Under the pieces are notes generated by a model. That model was given only the letters and a program-made list of their open reading frames with translations, did not search any database and was not told where the DNA came from. From positions 1-44,307 of IMG/VR virus record IMGVR_UViG_3300045988_060455: a DNA stretch of 44,307 bases, one strand, 5' to 3'. Shown piece by piece: positions 1 to 7,402 of this stretch. This stretch comes from a virus. Position 1 is the first letter of the stretch. Each line of letters opens with the position of its first letter. The position numbers and the translations under genes were made by a program.

Positions 1-55
1 ACTATGTGCACATCTGGCACCGCGTGGCCTGAGAAAGGAGGTTTTGACTTATGAA
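1..55 (+). repeat. Terminal overlap copy 1 (identical to 44253-44307)
   Basis: The string actatgtgcacatctggcaccgcgtggcctgagaaaggaggttttgacttatgaa occurs at both ends. Nt 1-32 duplicate the last codons of the tail fibre CDS (..YYVHIWHRVA*). Confidence 0.95.
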
Positions 56-443
56 GATCATCGACGAGACCGGTGTGGTCGTGGAAAACCCGGACCTGAC
101 CCTTGGTTACCTGACAGCTGACACCGAAGAGATCACCCACCCCGCCATAGATGGCGTGGAGGAGCAGTGGCACTGGGAGACCGTGACCGAGTATCCGAAC
201 GGCGGCAAGGACGTGCAGAAGGTCGTTGACCGCCCCGGCGTACAGACGCAGGAGGAATGGGTGGAGAAAGTGCCCATCCAGAAATACATCCGCTACACCG
301 CCGAAGAGCTGGCCGCGCAGGAAGAAGCACGCAAAAAGGCCGAAGCCCGGGAGAAGCTGCCGGAGACGGTGGCGGCACTGCAAAAAGAAAACGAGATGCT
401 CAAGCAATGCTTGCTTGAAATGAGCGAGATTGTGTATGCATAA
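51..443 (+). CDS. Hypothetical protein following tail fibre 1 (acidic N-half, coiled-coil C-terminus)
   Basis: ATG 51 lies behind GAAAGGAGG (33-41). The product is 130 aa with a C-terminal AAQEEARKKAEAREKL..LQKENEML heptad-like segment. No family recognised. Confidence 0.7.
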   Translation: MKIIDETGVVVENPDLTLGYLTADTEEITHPAIDGVEEQWHWETVTEYPNGGKDVQKVVDRPGVQTQEEWVEKVPIQKYIRYTAEELAAQEEARKKAEAREKLPETVAALQKENEMLKQCLLEMSEIVYA

Positions 444-474
444 AATCACACAAAAAATCGAAAGGATGGTATTT

Positions 475-621
475 ATGATGGCAATGTTGTGGGCACAGGA
501 GATTATGTCTGCTGAGACTATGGAGGATGCAAAGGCTCTGTACGAGCGCTGCCCCCGCCTGCTGAAGGAGAAGGTGAAGTCGATTCTTATCAAGAGCGGC
601 TTTGAGGAAATCACGCAGTAA
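475..621 (+). CDS. Small XkdX-like protein (weak call)
   Basis: The track ORF is 430-621. ATG 475 behind AAAGGA (461-466) is the preferred start. It ends ..GFEEITQ. Its size and position after a tail fibre match XkdX-type small proteins of Firmicute phages. Confidence 0.5.
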   Translation: MMAMLWAQEIMSAETMEDAKALYERCPRLLKEKVKSILIKSGFEEITQ

Positions 622-631
622 GGAGGACGCT

Positions 632-1306
632 ATGGCTGAAATCATGGATGTATCCCGGCATCAGGGCACGATCAACTGGGACAAGGTCAAGGCAAGCGGC
701 AAGGTGGACGGCGTGATGATTCGCGCCATGGGCAACAGCGCAGATGGCAGGCCCAGTGCACCCTACACTGACCCGCAGTTTGCCCGCAGCTACGCAGAAT
801 GCAAGCGGCTGGGCATCCCCTGCGGCGTGTATGGCTACTTTAAAGCGGTCAACCGGGAGCAGGCCGACAAGGAGCTGGCCTACTTCAAGAAGCTGCTCAC
901 CGGTCGGAGCTTCGAGCTGCCTGTGGCCGTGGACATCGAGGACGAGGTGCAGAAGCCGCTTGGCAAGGCCGCGCTGACCGACCTGACAGCTTACATGCTG
1001 AGCACGGTGGAAAGCTGGGGCGTGTACGCTCTGCTCTACACCGGTTTGTGGTTCGGCAACACCTTCCTCTACATGGGCGGCGCGGCGCTGAAACCCTACG
1101 ACGTGTGGCTGGCCGCATACCGCACGAAGAAGCCCGCTCCCAGCTGGCCCTTTGGCATGTGGCAGTATACCAGCACGGCGCATATCCCGGGCGTTGTGGA
1201 TGCCATTCCGGGCAAAGTCACCAACGTGGACATGTCCCACGCATACAAGGACTATGCGGGTATCATCAGCAAGAAGGGCCTGACCCGTCTCCGGGAGGGC
1301 AGATGA
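632..1306 (+). CDS. Endolysin, GH25 muramidase catalytic domain
   Basis: The track ORF is 602-1306; the start is moved to ATG 632 behind AGGAGG (621-626). The pattern DVSRHQGTINWDKVK..VDGVMIRA..VAVDIEDE..WQYT is typical of GH25 lysozymes. No separate wall-binding domain is visible. Confidence 0.85.
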   Translation: MAEIMDVSRHQGTINWDKVKASGKVDGVMIRAMGNSADGRPSAPYTDPQFARSYAECKRLGIPCGVYGYFKAVNREQADKELAYFKKLLTGRSFELPVAVDIEDEVQKPLGKAALTDLTAYMLSTVESWGVYALLYTGLWFGNTFLYMGGAALKPYDVWLAAYRTKKPAPSWPFGMWQYTSTAHIPGVVDAIPGKVTNVDMSHAYKDYAGIISKKGLTRLREGR

Positions 1307-1692
1307 CCGAAAAAGAAGCTTTACTGTGGGTGCTGGGCATCCTGGGCAGCCTGTGCGCTGCGGCCATTACCATCGACAAGGTGCTGGACATCATCCACAA
1401 GTACATCAAAAAGGCACAGGCCCCCGACGATGCGCAGAACAAGCGGCTTGACGAGATGGACAAACGCTTGCAAACGCTGGAAACGGGCTATGCGCAACAT
1501 TCTTTGGCGCTTGGGCGCGATTTGTCCCGCTTCGGGGAAATCGACGAAGTAAACCGTCTGACGCTTGAAGCCGTTCGTGCCCTGCTGGAAGCACAGCTGA
1601 CCGGAAACAACGTGCCTGCTATGCAGGCCAGCAAGGAAAAAATCGATAATTACCTCATGGAAGGAGTAACAAAACATGGAAGTAATGTTTAA
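1303..1692 (+). CDS. Membrane-anchored coiled-coil protein (putative holin or lysis accessory)
   Basis: The start overlaps the endolysin stop (ATGA) and follows a GGGAGGG RBS. There is one N-terminal TM helix (ALLWVLGILGSLCAAAITI) followed by a long helical region. Confidence 0.6.
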   Translation: MTEKEALLWVLGILGSLCAAAITIDKVLDIIHKYIKKAQAPDDAQNKRLDEMDKRLQTLETGYAQHSLALGRDLSRFGEIDEVNRLTLEAVRALLEAQLTGNNVPAMQASKEKIDNYLMEGVTKHGSNV

Positions 1693-2011
1693 CTTTATCC
1701 CCGCACCCATCGCACTGGTACTGATGTTTATTGGCTTTGCCGCGCTGGCCGTTGGTGCCATCCGGCTTGGCTACAAGCAGTACGTCAAGGACTGGGCGCT
1801 GGAGCTTGTCACTATCGCCGAGGACAGCATCATGGGCAGCGGTCAGGGCGCAAAGAAAAAGGCGCAGGTTTTTGCTGCGCTGCGCGGCGCACTGCCGGAC
1901 TGGCTGAAGCCTTTCATTACCGATGAAGTGCTGGACAGTGTGATTGAAAAGGCCGTCAGCATGATGAAAAAGGCACTGGAAAGCAAGAAGCCTACCATCA
2001 ACAAGGAGTAA
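1676..2011 (+). CDS. Holin, LL-H-family-like
   Basis: AAGGAG RBS at 1661-1666. The N-terminal TM helix (FIPAPIALVLMFIGFAALAVGAI) plus a soluble helical domain (..GSGQGAKKKAQVFAAL..) resembles LL-H holins as I recall them. Confidence 0.6.
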   Translation: MEVMFNFIPAPIALVLMFIGFAALAVGAIRLGYKQYVKDWALELVTIAEDSIMGSGQGAKKKAQVFAALRGALPDWLKPFITDEVLDSVIEKAVSMMKKALESKKPTINKE

Positions 2012-2014
2012 AGC

Positions 2015-4210
2015 ATGATCGAGCAAAGCGTATCTCTCGCATCCAATGGCGTCGTCAAAGTGCCGGGCTATGAGCAGCTGGTGCGCTTTGGCTACACCAA
2101 GAACCGGGGCGTGTACCGCTTGCACGTCGATGCAACCGGCGAGTGGGAAAGGCTGGCTATCCGCTGCTTCTGGCACGTGCCGGACGGCAAAGACCCGGCA
2201 TCCTCGCTGGTGGTTGACGGCTATGTGGACGTGCCCGCCAGTGTCACCGCACAGCCCGGGAGCGGGTGCGTCACCTTTGAGGGCAGCGACGGCACCAAGA
2301 CAGTCACCAGCGCAGACCTGCGGTATCGCGTGAGTGCCAACTCCGGCACGGAGGACGGCACCGAGCCGGAGCCGGGCACCCCTGCATGGCAGCAGCTGGT
2401 GGATGCCGTCCACGCCGATGCCACCGCCGCAGAGCAGGCCAAGACCGACGCACAGACGGCAGCACAGCAGGCTGGGGCATCTGCCAAAAAGGCCGGACAG
2501 GCCCTCTCTGACACCACCACCGCCAAAGAGGACGCGCTGAAAGCCATCGGTGACAAGCAGACCTCTGCCACGCAGGCTGTGGACACGGCCCGGGACAAGG
2601 CCCTCAAGCAGGTGAAAGCCTCTACAGAAGCCGCACAGACCGCCGCCAGCGAAGCCGCCACCAGTGCAGGCAGTGCCAGCCAGAGCGCTCAGGAAGCCGC
2701 TGACAGCCTGCAGGAGCTGAAGGACGGCATTGCCGCTGGTGATTTCAAAGGCGAGAAAGGTGATAAGGGCGACACTGGCCCCATCGGCCCGGTCGGCCCG
2801 CAAGGTGAGCAAGGCCCTCAAGGCCCCACAGGCGCTACGGGTGCCACTGGCCAGCAGGGCGAAAAGGGTGATACCGGCCCGCAAGGCCCTAAAGGAGAGA
2901 CCGGCCCTGCCGTAGCACTGGACACCACCCTCACCCACGAGGGCGAAGCCGCTGACGCAAAAGCCACAGGTGACGCTATCAGCGTAGTAAAGGTGAGGCA
3001 GAACATTCTTATCGGCACTGAGACAGGCAACCCGCTCTGCGTTGACGATGCTTTCTCTGCGCCCCTGTGCGGCCTGACCGTGTACGGTCGGAGCACGCAG
3101 GACGGCGCACCCACGCCGGATGCACCTGTGCCTATCGTGAGCGCAGGTGACAGCGGGAGCGTGGCGGTGAAGGTGACGGGGAAGAATCTGATTCGGCCCT
3201 ATGAGAAGGACACGCAAATTGCTAAAAACGGTGTTACGATGGACTACAACGTGGCATCTCAGTTAGTGCACGTTTACGGTACAGCCACAGGGATAGCAGA
3301 TATTTTTGATGCAAGACAAGAAATACCTCTATCTGTGAAGTCGAACGTAACAATGTCAATAACTGTAAGAGCTGGCAAAATCCCGGACGGTGTTATTATA
3401 CAGTACAGCGATTTTGTGACGCTGGGACTGAGTTGTACTGGCTCAAAGCCGTACTATACTGGCGCTTTTAACAGACCTGATTCCCCCGGTTCTGTGCGCT
3501 TTGCAATAAATACCCCTAAAGGGACAACCGTTGATTTTACGATTGCAGTTCAGCTCGAACTCGGCACAACTGCCACCGCCTACTCCCCCTACCGTGAACA
3601 GCTCCTCACCCTGCCCACTCCCACTGGTCTCCCCGGCATCCCTGTCACCTCTGGCGGCAACTACACTGATAGCACGGGCCAGCAGTGGGTTTGCGACGAG
3701 GTGGACTTGGAGAGAGGAATACGGGTGCAGAGAGTGAACACCTATAAGTTGACAGAAGTAAACTCGTTACAATCCATCAACAGATATGGAATTGCCAACT
3801 TCACTGCTTCACGCACTTTTACCGACGCATTGCCGCGGAACTTGTCGAAAATTTTTTTATGCAATCGTTTTGCAACTCAGGCCTCTCTAATTGCCGATAC
3901 TCAGGCAGAGGGTGTCCTTATAAATGCAGAAGGGACGTGTTTTTGTCGTATCAAGCAAGAGACTGCTAATACAGTTGACGGTATGAACGCATGGCTTTCA
4001 CGCAACGACGTGTTTATTTATTACGCTCCCGTTACCCCCATCGAAACCCCGCTCACCCCTGACGAAATCGCCGCCTACAAAGCCCTCACAGCGTACGGCC
4101 CTGACACGGTGGTGCAGGCGAGTGACGGCGCGGGGGTAAGACTGGAGTATCAGAGGGATGTGAACATCGTCGTCAAAAATCTTGAGGACGCCATTGCGTC
4201 CATGACCTAA
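2015..4210 (+). CDS. Tail fibre / receptor-binding protein 2 with collagen-like repeat
   Basis: 731 aa. It has a BppU-like N-terminus, an Ala/Gln-rich coiled coil, 18 Gly-X-Y triplets, an [13 protein letters not shown] motif also present in fibre 1, and then a C-terminal region of mosaic GC content. Confidence 0.8.
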   Translation: MIEQSVSLASNGVVKVPGYEQLVRFGYTKNRGVYRLHVDATGEWERLAIRCFWHVPDGKDPASSLVVDGYVDVPASVTAQPGSGCVTFEGSDGTKTVTSADLRYRVSANSGTEDGTEPEPGTPAWQQLVDAVHADATAAEQAKTDAQTAAQQAGASAKKAGQALSDTTTAKEDALKAIGDKQTSATQAVDTARDKALKQVKASTEAAQTAASEAATSAGSASQSAQEAADSLQELKDGIAAGDFKGEKGDKGDTGPIGPVGPQGEQGPQGPTGATGATGQQGEKGDTGPQGPKGETGPAVALDTTLTHEGEAADAKATGDAISVVKVRQNILIGTETGNPLCVDDAFSAPLCGLTVYGRSTQDGAPTPDAPVPIVSAGDSGSVAVKVTGKNLIRPYEKDTQIAKNGVTMDYNVASQLVHVYGTATGIADIFDARQEIPLSVKSNVTMSITVRAGKIPDGVIIQYSDFVTLGLSCTGSKPYYTGAFNRPDSPGSVRFAINTPKGTTVDFTIAVQLELGTTATAYSPYREQLLTLPTPTGLPGIPVTSGGNYTDSTGQQWVCDEVDLERGIRVQRVNTYKLTEVNSLQSINRYGIANFTASRTFTDALPRNLSKIFLCNRFATQASLIADTQAEGVLINAEGTCFCRIKQETANTVDGMNAWLSRNDVFIYYAPVTPIETPLTPDEIAAYKALTAYGPDTVVQASDGAGVRLEYQRDVNIVVKNLEDAIASMT
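2750..2911 (+). repeat. Collagen-like Gly-X-Y coding repeat (18 triplets)
   Basis: [53 protein letters not shown] at aa 246-299 of the 2015 CDS. Confidence 0.9.
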
Positions 4211-4220
4211 GGAGGTACAT

Positions 4221-4445
4221 ATGGCTATCAAAAGTAAAGCCCGGCACGACCTGACATTGCGCAGCATCAAGCGCGAGATTTCCGCAGGGCGCGACGTGGC
4301 ATACTGGCTGGACAGGACGTATGCCCATCTGGACAGCGGCATGCTGACGGAGGACGACATCGCAGAGGTCGAGGCTTTGGCACAGGCGTACTACGATGCG
4401 CTGGATGCGAAGGACAAGGCGAACGCTGAGGAAATCACACAATAA
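4221..4445 (+). CDS. Small XkdX-like protein following fibre 2
   Basis: GGAGG RBS. 74 aa containing ..LDSGMLTEDDIAEVEAL.. and ending EEITQ. Its 3' end plus RBS (4428-4450) matches 604-626 at 21 of 23 nt. Confidence 0.6.
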   Translation: MAIKSKARHDLTLRSIKREISAGRDVAYWLDRTYAHLDSGMLTEDDIAEVEALAQAYYDALDAKDKANAEEITQ

Positions 4446-4458
4446 GGAGGCATAACAC

Positions 4459-4713
4459 ATGGATTTGAGGAACACTACCGAAATGATGCTCAGCAGCGAT
4501 TACAAGGAGCGTTTTCGCGCGGAGTATTACCAGACAAAAATCCGCTATGAAAAGCTGCACCGCATGACTATCCAGTACGAGGCCGGAACTTTGAGCTTTA
4601 CGCCGTCCTGCTCTTTGGCTCTTTTGAAAGAGCAAAAAGCGGCTATGGGGAATTATCTCCATGCGCTCGAAGTCCGTGCAGAAATCGAAAACGTTGATTT
4701 AAGCATGAGTTGA
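4459..4713 (+). CDS. Hypothetical helical protein
   Basis: AAGGAGG RBS. 84 aa beginning SSDYKERFRAEYYQTKIRYEKLHRM..; it looks like a conserved small prophage protein of unknown function. Confidence 0.65.
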   Translation: MDLRNTTEMMLSSDYKERFRAEYYQTKIRYEKLHRMTIQYEAGTLSFTPSCSLALLKEQKAAMGNYLHALEVRAEIENVDLSMS

Positions 4714-4725
4714 TGGGAGGATATC

Positions 4726-5004
4726 ATGGCAAGCACTACATACCGCCATCTCGGTGACGTCATCGGGATGTACGCCGCACAAGAGCAATTTCGGCACATC
4801 ACGAAAATGGTCTGCGCACGTCTTCGTGGCCTCACGAAAACATCCCATCTCGGCAATGCCAACAAACTGGTGACGTTTTGTCACCGTTTCGCCAGCATTG
4901 GAACTATGGTGCGCAACGCCGGACAGCTGCCGCAGCCTTTCTGGCTCGGTGCTGCCTGTGGCGGCGGCTCGCATAGTCTTTCCGCCAGCGTTGCAAGGGC
5001 TTAA
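4726..5004 (+). CDS. Hypothetical; probably the N-terminal part of a frameshifted sigma-r4-like regulator
   Basis: ATG 4726 lies behind GGGAGGA. Only the first ~60 aa look protein-like. It overlaps the ATG-less ORF at 4898-5182 in another frame. Confidence 0.35.
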   Translation: MASTTYRHLGDVIGMYAAQEQFRHITKMVCARLRGLTKTSHLGNANKLVTFCHRFASIGTMVRNAGQLPQPFWLGAACGGGSHSLSASVARA

Positions 5005-5182
5005 TGCAGAACAGATAAAAGCTGTGATAAAACGTGCGCCGCTTGGGAGGTATGACCGGAAAATCGCCCGGTTGCGGTACGTTGACCAGCTATGCCAAGT
5101 TGATATTGCAGCGCGTGTGCCGTATTGTCGGACATCAATCGGCAATAGGCTGAAAATTATTGATAAAAAGCTGGATATGTGA
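4898..5182 (+). CDS. Sigma-70 region-4-like HTH protein (C-terminal part)
   Basis: ..YDRKIARLRYVDQLCQVDIAARVPYCRTSIGNRLKIIDKKL resembles a region-4/LuxR-type HTH. This frame is open from 4874 but has no ATG; TTG 4898 is the track start. Confidence 0.5.
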   Translation: MELWCATPDSCRSLSGSVLPVAAARIVFPPALQGLNAEQIKAVIKRAPLGRYDRKIARLRYVDQLCQVDIAARVPYCRTSIGNRLKIIDKKLDM

Positions 5183-5232
5183 TATACTAACTTTGTCTAG
5201 GGATTAGTTTTGAGCTTTTGCTCTGGCGATTC

Positions 5233-5272
5233 AAAAAAGCGGCAGGCTTTCGGGTCTGCCGCTTTTCTTTTT
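5233..5272. terminator. Bidirectional rho-independent terminator ending the late operon
   Basis: Stem gcggcag / ctgccgc (5239-5245 / 5256-5262), flanked by an A-run on one side and ttttcttttt on the other. Confidence 0.8.
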
Positions 5273-5405
5273 GCACGATTTGTGGTAAAATAACATCAAC
5301 AAATCCTCCCGGCCTCTCGAAGAAGCGCATTAGGGTGGATATTTGAAAGGCTACGGCCTTTGTAGAGAGCGGCATTGCCTGTGGTCAGTTCCGCTCTTGA
5401 TTTTA

Positions 5406-5478
5406 CAAAAAATCCCCTGCTTTGTCGAAGCCCTGCGTTCCACGCGGGGTACTTTGTAGGCAAAGCGGGGGAGTTTTT
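5406..5478. terminator. Long bidirectional hairpin terminator (serves the minus-strand cassette)
   Basis: tcccctgctttg (5413-5424) pairs with caaagcggggga (5461-5472), with an inner hairpin ccctgcg/cgcgggg. It is flanked by an A-run and a T-run. Confidence 0.75.
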
Positions 5479-5481
5479 GTT

Positions 5482-5805
5482 TTACAGAATATTATAATGC
5501 TCCGCCAGCAAAAAGCGGATGTATACAGGGCACTCTCTTGTCTCACCGCACCAGCCTTGCAGTGTACGATAAGGAACCCCGGCCATCTTGGCAAAGGCCG
5601 TCTGCGTGAGGCCTGTCTCTTCCACCATCTCTTTAAAAGACATGTGGGCGATCTCCCAAATTTTTTCAAGCTTAGTCTTTTGGGCATCCAGATCAACGCA
5701 CCCAGAGGCATCGTCCTCCACGCTGAGGGTGACGTTATTCAAAAAGATTTCTTTAACGGCCTTTGGGTCAGATGCTATGACGAAAAGTTCAGCTGCATTA
5801 TACAT
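5482..5805 (-). CDS. HTH DNA-binding protein (XRE/Cro-like C-terminal domain)
   Basis: AAGGAG RBS. 107 aa with C-terminal GLTQTAFAKMAGVPYRTLQGWCGETRECPVYIRFLL, a helix-turn-helix pattern. Confidence 0.7.
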   Translation of the reverse strand: MYNAAELFVIASDPKAVKEIFLNNVTLSVEDDASGCVDLDAQKTKLEKIWEIAHMSFKEMVEETGLTQTAFAKMAGVPYRTLQGWCGETRECPVYIRFLLAEHYNIL

Positions 5806-5876
5806 TGCAATTCTCCTTTTTTTTGATTAATAAATTCCCTGGGTGGTGTTCGCACATCACTCGGGGATTTTTTATT

Positions 5877-6065
5877 TTATACGTTAATCCAAGCGGTATC
5901 AACCAGCTCACCGTACTGATATTTTGCCACCAGCATCTTTTTGCTGGATTCGTCCCACTTGGTAGCCTTGTATGCATACTGCTTACCAGTAACCCAACCG
6001 TCCATGCCGCAGATCACATCGCGGGCATTCCAAATCTTCTCGATCATGCTCTTAGAAAGTTTCAT
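5877..6065 (-). CDS. Small hypothetical protein (62 aa), first gene of the minus-strand cassette
   Basis: The track ORF is 5877-6104. ATG 6065 behind GAGGT is preferred (MKLSKSMIEKIWNARD..). No family recognised. Confidence 0.55.
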   Translation of the reverse strand: MKLSKSMIEKIWNARDVICGMDGWVTGKQYAYKATKWDESSKKMLVAKYQYGELVDTAWINV

Positions 6066-6111
6066 TTTAGTTACCTCAAGTTGATTGTGTGTGGTGTCTT
6101 TCACTGTCTAT

Positions 6112-6140
6112 AGTATACGCTCATTGAGCGTATTTGTCAA
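6112..6140 (-). promoter_or_regulatory. Near-consensus sigma-70-type promoter with a palindromic operator in the spacer
   Basis: The minus strand reads TTGACA (6140-6135), a 17-nt spacer, then TATACT (6117-6112). The 17-bp palindrome tacgctcattgagcgta (6116-6132) fills the spacer. Confidence 0.7.
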
Positions 6141-6296
6141 GGCTTTTTGCAAAATTTTATGCTCATTGAACACTTTTTTTGCGCCTGCGCAGCCCCGCTG
6201 CCGTGTGGGCGCTTTTCTTTTTTGTCCTTCGTTGTGCGTTCGTTGTCTCTCACGGCGGTTTAAAAAAGTACACTGGGCGCAAAGGGAGGGGGTGCC

Positions 6297-6674
6297 ATGT
6301 GGCACAGGTTTAACCCAAACCCGCGCGGGAGCAGCGTCGGGGACTGCGTAGTGCGGGCGGTAGCTGCGGCCACCGGCCGGAGCTGGGAGCAGGCGTATAT
6401 CAGCCTTGCACTCACTGGCTACGCCCTCGGCGATATGCCCAGCGCCAACCGCACATGGGGCGCATACCTCCAAAAGCAGGGTTACAAGCGCCGTTTGGTG
6501 GAGGCAGACTGCACCACCTGTTACACCGTGGCAGATTTTGCCCGGGAGTACCCGCACGGCGTGTATGTACTAGGCTGCTCCGGCCACGTCCTGACCGTCA
6601 TCAACGGTGAGTGGTGGGACAGTTGGGACAGTGGCGCAGAATGCCCGATTTACTACTGGTATAAGGAGGAGTAA
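6297..6674 (+). CDS. Putative papain-like (C39/BtrH-like) cysteine peptidase or acyltransferase
   Basis: GGGAGGGGG RBS. The candidate Cys/His/Asp arrangement is NPNPRGSSVGDCVVRA..DMPSAN..WGAYL..SGHVLTVINGEWWDSWDSG. Family membership is not verified. Confidence 0.5.
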   Translation: MWHRFNPNPRGSSVGDCVVRAVAAATGRSWEQAYISLALTGYALGDMPSANRTWGAYLQKQGYKRRLVEADCTTCYTVADFAREYPHGVYVLGCSGHVLTVINGEWWDSWDSGAECPIYYWYKEE

Positions 6675-6677
6675 ACG

Positions 6678-7121
6678 ATGCCGATTTATAACGGATACCC
6701 GCAAGTGTTTTACCCGCAACAGCCGCAGGGGCAGCTTGAAACGCTTCGAGCTGCACAATTTCAACCTCAGCCCGTCATGATGCCGACAATGCAGGGACAG
6801 GTTGCACCGACGGACAGCGGCTTTATCTGGGTACAGGGTGAAGCAGCAGCCCGGGGCTATCTGGTAGCCAACGGGAGCCGGGTGCTTTTACTGGATGCCG
6901 ATTCCGATACCTTTTACATCAAAGAAGTTGGGCAGGACGGCAGACCGTTCCCGCTCCGCATCTACGACTACAAGGAACGCACCAGCGGCCCCAAAGCGTC
7001 GATTTCGGCAACACAAGCCGCAGGCGGGGAGTATGTCACCCGCAAGGAGTTTGACGAGTTGGCGGCAAAGCTGGCGGCGTTAGAAAAGCAGGAAGCACCA
7101 GAGCCGGAAAAGGAGGGCTAA
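6678..7121 (+). CDS. P/Q-rich N-terminus plus small beta domain protein
   Basis: Translationally coupled via the GGAGGAGTAAACGATG junction. It has a QPQ-rich N-terminus, then GFIWVQGEAAARGYLVANGSRVLLLDADSDTFYIKEVGQDGRPFPLRIYDY and a helical tail. Confidence 0.7.
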   Translation: MPIYNGYPQVFYPQQPQGQLETLRAAQFQPQPVMMPTMQGQVAPTDSGFIWVQGEAAARGYLVANGSRVLLLDADSDTFYIKEVGQDGRPFPLRIYDYKERTSGPKASISATQAAGGEYVTRKEFDELAAKLAALEKQEAPEPEKEG

Positions 7122-7124
7122 ACG

Positions 7125-7349
7125 ATGGGCAGCAGCTTGTTTAATTCGATGGGCCGACAGACCCAGAACCCCATTGGCGGGCAGTTCCAGCAGTTTATGG
7201 GCCAGATGCAGGGAAAGAACCCGCAGGAGATGATAAACCAGATGCTCACCTCCGGCCAGCTTTCACAGCAGCAGCTCAACGCCATTCAGCAGCGGGCGCA
7301 GCAGATTGCGCCGATGCTCAACGGCATGAAAAACATGTTTGGATTCTGA
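7125..7349 (+). CDS. Small Q-rich protein
   Basis: The junction motif is the same type, GGAGGGCTAAACGATG. 74 aa, Gln-rich, including QFQQFMGQMQGKNPQEMINQMLTSGQLSQQQLNAIQQRAQQ. Confidence 0.65.
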   Translation: MGSSLFNSMGRQTQNPIGGQFQQFMGQMQGKNPQEMINQMLTSGQLSQQQLNAIQQRAQQIAPMLNGMKNMFGF

Positions 7350-7402
7350 AATGCGGCCGCATTTAGAATAAATTTCAAAATCTAACGTAAAGGAGTAAAA
7401 CT

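Noticed and set aside
1-55. The terminal 55-nt repeat considered as a physical direct terminal repeat or cos site.
   Set aside because: The terminase is PBSX/Terminase_3-like, which usually means headful packaging. The overlap sits at an arbitrary point inside an operon. Exact short overlaps are typical of assembler circularisation. Without reads this remains unproven.
2750-2911. The repetitive DNA in fibre 2 considered as a CRISPR array or VNTR.
   Set aside because: The periodicity is 9 nt or less and it is in frame (Gly-X-Y collagen triplets). There are no repeat-spacer units. No CRISPR-like array was seen elsewhere in the window.
1655-3217. Very long minus-strand ORFs: 1655-3217, 7382-8266, 18338-19177, 28483-30045, 29942-31255, 34219-35649 and 41565-43232.
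   Set aside because: All lie antisense to well-supported plus-strand genes (fibre, portal, MuF, capsid, Tal and others). They have Arg/Gly/Ala/Leu-rich junk composition and no RBS. They are the usual stop-poor shadow frames of high-GC coding DNA.
2015-4210. A diversity-generating retroelement acting on the tail fibre C-termini.
   Set aside because: No reverse transcriptase gene is present, and I saw no template/variable repeat pair anywhere in the 44 kb. The variability signal is compositional mosaicism only.
5187-5375. A 62-aa minus-strand ORF between the two terminators.
   Set aside because: It has no RBS and reads straight through the 5233-5272 terminator hairpin. Its composition is unconvincing.
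6181-6235. A terminator-like GC hairpin with flanking T-runs in the divergent promoter region upstream of 6297.
   Set aside because: The stem is imperfect: gcgcc..ggcgc with a 22-nt interior, and only the short gcagc/gctgc pairs well. No upstream plus-strand transcript is expected to need termination there. It is left unannotated.
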